Origin: a virus
Taxonomy: Duplodnaviria; Heunggongvirae; Uroviricota; Caudoviricetes
IMG/VR virus record: IMGVR_UViG_2740892442_000015
Direction: 5' to 3' (one strand)
DNA: 11,507 bases
In this document: one piece after another, positions 1 through 4,644 of the stretch
Layout: every line of letters begins with the position of its first letter
Numbering within the stretch: position 1 is the stretch's first letter
Position numbers and translations under genes: made by a program
Notes under the pieces: generated by a model
Told to the model about the DNA's origin: nothing
What the model saw: only the letters and a program-made list of their open reading frames with translations
Databases searched by the model: none

Positions 1-468
1 TTTTGAATATGGAAATAAATCAATTATATTGCCAATTATTCCATCTTTTTGACAAAAGAGAATTATTATTAGATAAATGAAAGTAAACGTAATAAATGAG
101 ATGAAAACTTTCATAAATGCCATAAAGTTATATTTTAACGTGGGCATCTGTGTTTTTTTATGTTGTATTGACATCATCTGAAGAAACATCTCGGGTTTGG
201 ATAGTGTTGCAAATATTGTGAAACCAGCAATGAGAAAACCTAAGGTTGTCACTGCAAAGTTAAAACCAATCAAAGCCCAGTTTCTAATGTCAGATACTAA
301 ATGAGACATATCCTTCTCAATAAAAAAAGAGTTTGTTAATAAAAAAATAGATGCTGTGAGCAAAATGCAAATATGGAATGTACTAATAGTAATCCGTTTG
401 CAGAGCAAGTAAACATCCCAAAGGTTTTTCTCTTTGGTTATTTCTTTAGCATCTATTTTATTTATCAT
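1..468 (-). CDS. Partial ORF (first 156 codons; C-terminus lies beyond window start) encoding a predicted multi-pass membrane protein; last gene of the repressor-linked operon
   Basis: My own translation of the minus strand from ATG 468-466 to position 1 is open for 156 codons with no stop (MINKIDAKEITKEKNLWDVYLLCKRITISTFHICILLTASIFLLTNSFFIEKDMSHLVSDIRNWALIGFNFAVTTLGFLIAGFTIFATLSKPEMFLQMMSIQHKKTQMPTLKYNFMAFMKVFISFITFTFIYLIIILFCQKDGIIGNIIDLFPYSK...). The start overlaps the TGA stop of the upstream gene (ATGA at 465-468). It has several long hydrophobic stretches. It is absent from the supplied ORF track, probably because it has no stop inside the window. In this very AT-rich DNA an open frame of this length is unlikely by chance. 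Confidence 0.6.
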   Translation of the reverse strand, partial: MINKIDAKEITKEKNLWDVYLLCKRITISTFHICILLTASIFLLTNSFFIEKDMSHLVSDIRNWALIGFNFAVTTLGFLIAGFTIFATLSKPEMFLQMMSIQHKKTQMPTLKYNFMAFMKVFISFITFTFIYLIIILFCQKDGIIGNIIDLFPYSK

Positions 469-1493
469 CGACCAAACCTTTCATATATATTGCTAATAAT
501 TCTAATCGTCTTTTGTGAAAGAGAACGGGGTAGAGATATCTTACCTTCTTCTACAAGATTTTCATACCGCTCATAACTTTCATTTGCAGCTACTACCGTA
601 TCCTTTGATAATTCATTCATCTCACTTAACAAAACAAAGTCATCATTGCTACCTTTGATTATATCACCATTGTCATCATATCCTTTAATATTTATTCCTG
701 AATTAGCCAATCTGGTTGCTGATGTGAGTTGTTCTAAAACAGCACCATGATTCAAGCCTGAATCGGTGTTTGAAAAGCGAATAGATGTAGAAATACTTCC
801 CATTTCGTCTCCGGCACTTTCAAGTGACTCCCAAAATTCGTCGTTATCAATTTCTTCTTGATTTGTAGGGAGAAGTTTTACTGAGACATTTTGGATTTTA
901 TTAAAATTATCAATAAATTGCTCTAGGCTTTGTTTGTCAGTTAACGGCGTTATTCTTAGCTTCGGGCGTTTGATTTCGTTCCGTAAGCTTTTTTTAGTGA
1001 CTCGAGGTAAGTCAGGGTTTTCTTTGCGTTCTTCTTGTGCGGTTTCGTATAAATGAGATATGTATTTTTCATATTCTATGTTTAAGAAACACTGACTTGT
1101 TGACTGAAAGTTTTGAATTGTGGGAGCACCACTAACTTCCTTGCAAAGAATTAATCTGTGAGTGTTTAATATTAGAAGAAAGAAAGAGCTCGGGGCTGTT
1201 TCAAGCTCTTTATGATCTTCAACCAGATCAGCACCATCAAATACTTGTTCTCTGGTTAATAATGTATTCTTAATAATCCGACCTTTAATTCCGAGTACTG
1301 GGGGTGTTGCTTCTTCGTCAAGTATGACGCATTCAGTATCAATGAAAAAGAACTCTGATTTGTCAGATATTCTGCGGATGTTTGCCATCTCCAAAAAAGA
1401 GGGGAAAACAATTTCATCATAATAGTCTAGCAAAACATCATCACCAAAACGGAGAGTATAATTTCCAAATTCGAGTTTTTTTATAAAATCCAT
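465..1493 (-). CDS. Hypothetical 342-aa protein, acidic and Ser/Asn-rich, no motif I recognise (no P-loop, no tyrosine-recombinase signature); middle gene of the repressor-linked operon
   Basis: ORF from the track. A GAGG Shine-Dalgarno sits about 8 nt upstream of the ATG at 1493. It lies 15 nt downstream of the repressor gene on the same strand, and its stop overlaps the start of the next ORF. Spot counts give roughly 30 percent GC, far below the tail genes. Confidence 0.8.
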   Translation of the reverse strand: MDFIKKLEFGNYTLRFGDDVLLDYYDEIVFPSFLEMANIRRISDKSEFFFIDTECVILDEEATPPVLGIKGRIIKNTLLTREQVFDGADLVEDHKELETAPSSFFLLILNTHRLILCKEVSGAPTIQNFQSTSQCFLNIEYEKYISHLYETAQEERKENPDLPRVTKKSLRNEIKRPKLRITPLTDKQSLEQFIDNFNKIQNVSVKLLPTNQEEIDNDEFWESLESAGDEMGSISTSIRFSNTDSGLNHGAVLEQLTSATRLANSGINIKGYDDNGDIIKGSNDDFVLLSEMNELSKDTVVAANESYERYENLVEEGKISLPRSLSQKTIRIISNIYERFGR

Positions 1494-1508
1494 TACTATG
1501 CCTCAAGA

Positions 1509-2387
1509 TTAAATAGTACGGTACTGTGAGAAAATTTTGGCAACTAATTTTATATCTTCTTTTTCACAATCAAATGTTAAATCATCGTCTGTTACTCGAA
1601 GATTGCCTCCAGGTAATAGAAAAATTTGTTTTAACTTGAAATTATTTTGGTATTGAACAATCCATCTTCCGTCTTCAACATTAGCTTTATTCATGTGTGC
1701 AATATTTATGCAATGTTCGTCTTCAATTGCGAGTAAATCATTAAAATGAGGAAGCAGGGACTTATCTATCAATAAATGACCAGCATCGAAAATTTGATTG
1801 TCAATAAGTTTTACTTTAGGAATTTCTAAAGCTTCACTTTCTTCGCTTCCAAGTTTTTGCCCGCGCCCAGTTGCTAACCATAAAAGAGAAGTTCTTGTTT
1901 CCAACGAGCATCTTATGATCCAGTCAGCTGGGAATGTGTCTCGCAAGTATCTATTCGCCATTGTGCTTTTAGACACATTCAAATGGTCGGCAAGTTCTTG
2001 TCTTGTTTTAAAGCCATACGCTTCCATTAGCCTGTTTATCGCATTACGTCCACCTGAATCCAGATTTGGATGGTTCACAATTGGGTTCTCGTTGGTGGTG
2101 GCTTTGGGAACATATTGAACCAATGATGCTGGTTCCTCTAATTTAGCGGGAACTTCGGTATTCTTAGGAAATGGCACGCCTTTTCCGAATGAGAGCCACT
2201 CTATAGATGCTCCTGTTTCAATTGCACACTGAATTACCCAGTCAGCAGGAAATGCGTCACGCATCCAGCGCGTTCCCATAGTACTTGCAGATACATTGAA
2301 CTGTTCACATAGGGCTTGCCGCGTCTTGAATCCATACGCTTCAAGCATGCGCGTTATGACTGCCTGTCCTCCGTTTTTGAAATTCAT
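1509..2387 (-). CDS. Phage CI-type repressor-like protein with two tandem N-terminal HTH domains (186 CI-like family) and a C-terminal LexA/S24-like domain that appears degenerate
   Basis: Residues about 8-70 (VITRMLEAYGFKTRQALCEQFNVSASTMGTRWMRDAFPADWVIQCAIETGASIEWLSFGKG) and about 115-177 (AINRLMEAYGFKTRQELADHLNVSKSTMANRYLRDTFPADWIIRCSLETRTSLLWLATGRG) are about 60 percent identical to each other and match my memory of the phage CI repressor HTH domain. The C-terminal part (GRWIVQYQNNFKLKQIFLLPGGNLRV) resembles the LexA/CI S24 fold, but I see no G-x-S-M motif. The gene is divergent from an Apl/Cro-like gene. Confidence 0.8.
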   Translation of the reverse strand: MNFKNGGQAVITRMLEAYGFKTRQALCEQFNVSASTMGTRWMRDAFPADWVIQCAIETGASIEWLSFGKGVPFPKNTEVPAKLEEPASLVQYVPKATTNENPIVNHPNLDSGGRNAINRLMEAYGFKTRQELADHLNVSKSTMANRYLRDTFPADWIIRCSLETRTSLLWLATGRGQKLGSEESEALEIPKVKLIDNQIFDAGHLLIDKSLLPHFNDLLAIEDEHCINIAHMNKANVEDGRWIVQYQNNFKLKQIFLLPGGNLRVTDDDLTFDCEKEDIKLVAKIFSQYRTI

Positions 2388-2512
2388 CTAGTACGCCTTT
2401 GAGTAATATTGAGTTGATACTTCTCAAATGAAGAATTAATGTGTGCGAAAGTGAACTTGACGGTGTTAATCACCAGTTACCACACATCATGTTAATCGAG
2501 GAATCTTGCATC
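2388..2512. promoter_or_regulatory. Divergent intergenic switch region between the repressor gene and the Apl/Cox-like gene; likely carries both promoters and operators
   Basis: 125-nt gap between divergent start codons. TTGACG at 2457-2462 is a -35-like hexamer. The 8-mer TGTTAATC occurs twice (2464-2471 and 2490-2497). GGTGTTAATCACC at 2462-2474 has inverted 4-bp arms. A further TTAAT lies in the gaattaatgtg stretch just upstream. Confidence 0.45.
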
Positions 2513-2734
2513 ATGACTCCACATATTTCAATCACCTTAGCTGTTCCATCTGTTTCTATTGAGAAATACAGCGAACTGACTGGCTTATCTATCGACACCA
2601 TCAATGACATGCTGGCTGATGGACGTCTTATTCGCCATCGTCTCCGTAAGGATAAAAAGCGAGAAAAGGTGATGATCAATATCGCAGCAATGACTGTTGA
2701 TGCACTCGCTGAATGCAATTTGAGCATTAACTAG
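2513..2734 (+). CDS. Small HTH DNA-binding protein, Apl/Cox/Cro-like (73 aa)
   Basis: First gene transcribed away from the repressor. ATG at 2513 gives MTPHISITLAVPSVSIEKYSELTGLSIDTINDMLADGRL..., which contains an HTH-like segment. The track ORF starts at 2441 from an upstream codon, so the exact start is uncertain (another in-frame ATG lies at 2489). Confidence 0.55.
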   Translation: MTPHISITLAVPSVSIEKYSELTGLSIDTINDMLADGRLIRHRLRKDKKREKVMINIAAMTVDALAECNLSIN

Positions 2735-2748
2735 TTCCATTTTGGGTT

Positions 2749-3276
2749 ATGTCAGAGATGTCGAATATGTTTGATTACCAAGTTTCCAAACATCCACATT
2801 TTGATGAAGCCTGTCGTGCATTCGCATTGCGCCACAACCTGGTGCAACTGGCAGAACGTGCTGGCATGAATGTGCAGATTCTGCGGAACAAGCTGAACCC
2901 AGCTCAACCTCATTTATTAACCGCACCAGAAATCTGGCTGCTTACCGATCTGACTGAAGATTCAACGCTGGTAGATGGTTTTCTGGCACAGATTCATTGT
3001 CTGCCATGTGTACCGATTAATGAGGTGGCAAAAGAGAAACTGCCACATTACGTCATGAGTGCAACCGCAGAGATCGGGCGTGTTGCTGCAGGTGCGGTAT
3101 CTGGCGATGTAAAAACCAGTGCCGGTCGTCGTGATGCCATCAGCAGCATTAATTCTGTAACACGACTGATGGCGCTGGCGGCTGTTTCATTGCAGGCCCG
3201 TTTACAGGCTAACCCTGCGATGGCGAGTGCAGTTGATACTGTGACTGGCCTCGGTGCTTCATTCGGTTTGCTGTGA
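2749..3276 (+). CDS. Phage regulatory protein CII-like (phage 186 CII / CP76 family)
   Basis: 175-aa ORF. Segments such as [23 protein letters not shown] and [28 protein letters not shown] match my memory of the 186 CII family. It sits directly after the Apl-like gene, as in phage 186. An alternative start at ATG 2767 (MFDYQ...) is possible. Confidence 0.75.
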   Translation: MSEMSNMFDYQVSKHPHFDEACRAFALRHNLVQLAERAGMNVQILRNKLNPAQPHLLTAPEIWLLTDLTEDSTLVDGFLAQIHCLPCVPINEVAKEKLPHYVMSATAEIGRVAAGAVSGDVKTSAGRRDAISSINSVTRLMALAAVSLQARLQANPAMASAVDTVTGLGASFGLL

Positions 3277-3283
3277 GGTGCTT

Positions 3284-3580
3284 ATGCTGACGAAAGAACC
3301 ATCATTTGCATCGCTGCTGGTAAAACAAAGCCCGGCAATGCACTACGGTCACGGCTGGATCATGGGAGAGGATGGTAAACGCTGGCATCCATGTCATTCA
3401 CAAGATGAATTGCTGTCTGAATTGACCACGAGAAAATGGAGAAAGTCCAAATGTATGCGGCAGAAAGTGAAGTGGTTTATCAGTTTCGTTACAGAGGGGA
3501 GAGTTATTCAGTACCTGAAGATGATTTGCTCTGTTGCTATCCGTCGTTGTCGGGCGATGGTAGCTACTTTTTCACGCTAA
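3284..3580 (+). CDS. Hypothetical small protein (98 aa from ATG 3284); coding status uncertain
   Basis: ATG at 3284 is preceded by GAGGTG and lies 8 nt after the CII-like stop. The C-terminal half overlaps the next ORF in another frame and has odd composition (rich in W, C, R, K). Confidence 0.3.
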   Translation: MLTKEPSFASLLVKQSPAMHYGHGWIMGEDGKRWHPCHSQDELLSELTTRKWRKSKCMRQKVKWFISFVTEGRVIQYLKMICSVAIRRCRAMVATFSR

Positions 3581-3675
3581 AGGATGGAACCTTTATACGT
3601 GGTGAAAAAGTACAAGAAGTGATGCGTATAAAGACATCACCTCTTGAACGTTATCGGCGAAGTATTTATCGGTAA
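3436..3675 (+). CDS. Hypothetical small protein (79 aa, or 74 aa from ATG 3451)
   Basis: ORF from the track. GGAG at 3437-3440 precedes the ATG at 3451. Amino-acid composition is balanced. It occupies the position of the small fil/dhr-type genes after cII in 186-like phages, but I do not recognise the sequence. Confidence 0.45.
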   Translation: MEKVQMYAAESEVVYQFRYRGESYSVPEDDLLCCYPSLSGDGSYFFTLKDGTFIRGEKVQEVMRIKTSPLERYRRSIYR

Positions 3676-3914
3676 CGATCTATCAGTGTCTGTATCAGAT
3701 GAGTGAATTCTTGTTGTTTAACCGAACCTAAAGGAAGTTTGTTTAATTCTTCGCGGAGGAGCTCAAAAAATGCAGATTGATTTGCTGAGTCAGTTCGAAA
3801 TAAGGAGTGGATCAGACCTGAAACAAGAATTCGTTGAACAGCAACCTCATCGCGAAGACTGGAGATCTCGTTTTCAAGTTGCTCTAAACGCTCTCTTTCA
3901 ACCGGGTTCAACAT
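3666..3914 (-). CDS. Hypothetical 82-aa protein with a coiled-coil-like N-terminus
   Basis: ORF from the track. On the minus strand an AGGA Shine-Dalgarno lies about 7 nt upstream of the ATG at 3914. It is divergent from the 113-aa ORF and its 3' end overlaps the plus-strand ORF ending at 3675 by 10 nt. Confidence 0.5.
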   Translation of the reverse strand: MLNPVERERLEQLENEISSLRDEVAVQRILVSGLIHSLFRTDSANQSAFFELLREELNKLPLGSVKQQEFTHLIQTLIDRYR

Positions 3915-3995
3915 TGATGATTCCTTCTAGCTATCAATATGTTGGTAATGGATCATATCAAAAATTTTTTAGTAGATGTGTTGTGGGATGCATAA

Positions 3996-4337
3996 ATGGC
4001 TATTGAAGGCGCTGCGGCGACTGTTCCATTAAGTCCCGGTGAACGCCTGAATGGACTTAATCACATAGCGGAATTAAGGGCGAAAGTATTTGGCCTGAAT
4101 ATTGAGTCAGAGCTTGAGCGGTTTATTAAAGATATGCGTGATCCACGGGATATCAATAATGAACAAAATAAACGGGCACTGGCTGCCATATTCTTTATGG
4201 CAAAAATTCCAGCTGAACGTCATAGCATCAGCATTAATGAGCTGACCACTGACGAAAAGCGGGAGCTGATTAAAGCAATGAATCATTTTCGTGCAGTGGT
4301 GAGCTTATTTCCCAGACGGCTAACCATGCCGAATTAA
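3996..4337 (+). CDS. Hypothetical 113-aa phage protein; lies just upstream of the tape measure region but could not be confirmed as a tail assembly chaperone
   Basis: ORF from the track with a weak Shine-Dalgarno (GGGA). I found no open -1 or +1 frame extending it toward the tape measure start, so a canonical chaperone frameshift arrangement is not supported. Confidence 0.55.
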   Translation: MAIEGAAATVPLSPGERLNGLNHIAELRAKVFGLNIESELERFIKDMRDPRDINNEQNKRALAAIFFMAKIPAERHSISINELTTDEKRELIKAMNHFRAVVSLFPRRLTMPN

Positions 4338-4404
4338 CCAACTAATGAAATTAATGGCGTAAACCCGCCGGGCATCCCTTTATCTAAATTCAGGAGAATT
4401 GATT

Positions 4405-4638
4405 ATGCGTAATATTGAAATCCTCACGACTAAAACCGGACCGGATGACGCAGGGCTTAATATTTTACTGACAGAGGCTCGTCTGGAAGAACGTCGGGCA
4501 AGGGCTGAAGCAATGGCAGCTCGCCTTGATAGCCTGGCGTGTCATATCACATCCCGCCAGCTAAACCACGTCAAAGCGGCAGAACTGCTGCGTGTAACTG
4601 CTGAAGCAATCCAGAACGAAGCGCAGGAGATCCACTAA
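4405..4638 (+). CDS. 77-aa ORF with a strong ribosome-binding site, in the same frame as the tape measure ORF and separated from it by one TAA; possibly the N-terminal part of a disrupted tape measure gene
   Basis: AGGAG at 4393-4397 lies 7 nt upstream of ATG 4405 (the track starts at TTG 4399). The stop TAA at 4636-4638 is followed two codons later by the tape measure ORF start in the same frame (4645-4405 = 240, a multiple of 3). The protein is helical and Ala/Arg/Glu-rich. Confidence 0.5.
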   Translation: MRNIEILTTKTGPDDAGLNILLTEARLEERRARAEAMAARLDSLACHITSRQLNHVKAAELLRVTAEAIQNEAQEIH

Positions 4639-4644
4639 TGGCTG

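Noticed and set aside
373-576. Plus-strand 67-aa ORF from the track
   Set aside because: It lies antisense within the minus-strand membrane ORF and the 3' end of the 342-aa gene, has low-complexity composition, and is best explained as a chance frame.
465-1493. 342-aa protein as the prophage integrase, given its position after the repressor as in P2
   Set aside because: I could find no tyrosine-recombinase R...HxxR...Y signature. The protein is acidic, Ser/Asn-rich and AT-rich, unlike P2-type integrases.
1798-2727. Track ORFs 1798..2118 (+) and 2470..2727 (-)
   Set aside because: They are antisense to or overlap the recognisable repressor and Apl-like genes, and have no ribosome-binding site.
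3770-4006. Plus-strand 78-aa ORF
   Set aside because: It overlaps the 82-aa minus-strand gene, which has the better ribosome-binding site, and crosses the start of the 113-aa ORF. Probably spurious.
3996-4640. Canonical tail-chaperone E/E' programmed frameshift upstream of the tape measure gene
   Set aside because: The -1 frame after the 113-aa ORF stops at 4343-4345 and the +1 frame stops at 4321-4323 and 4360-4362. No extension frame is open to overlap a tape measure start.
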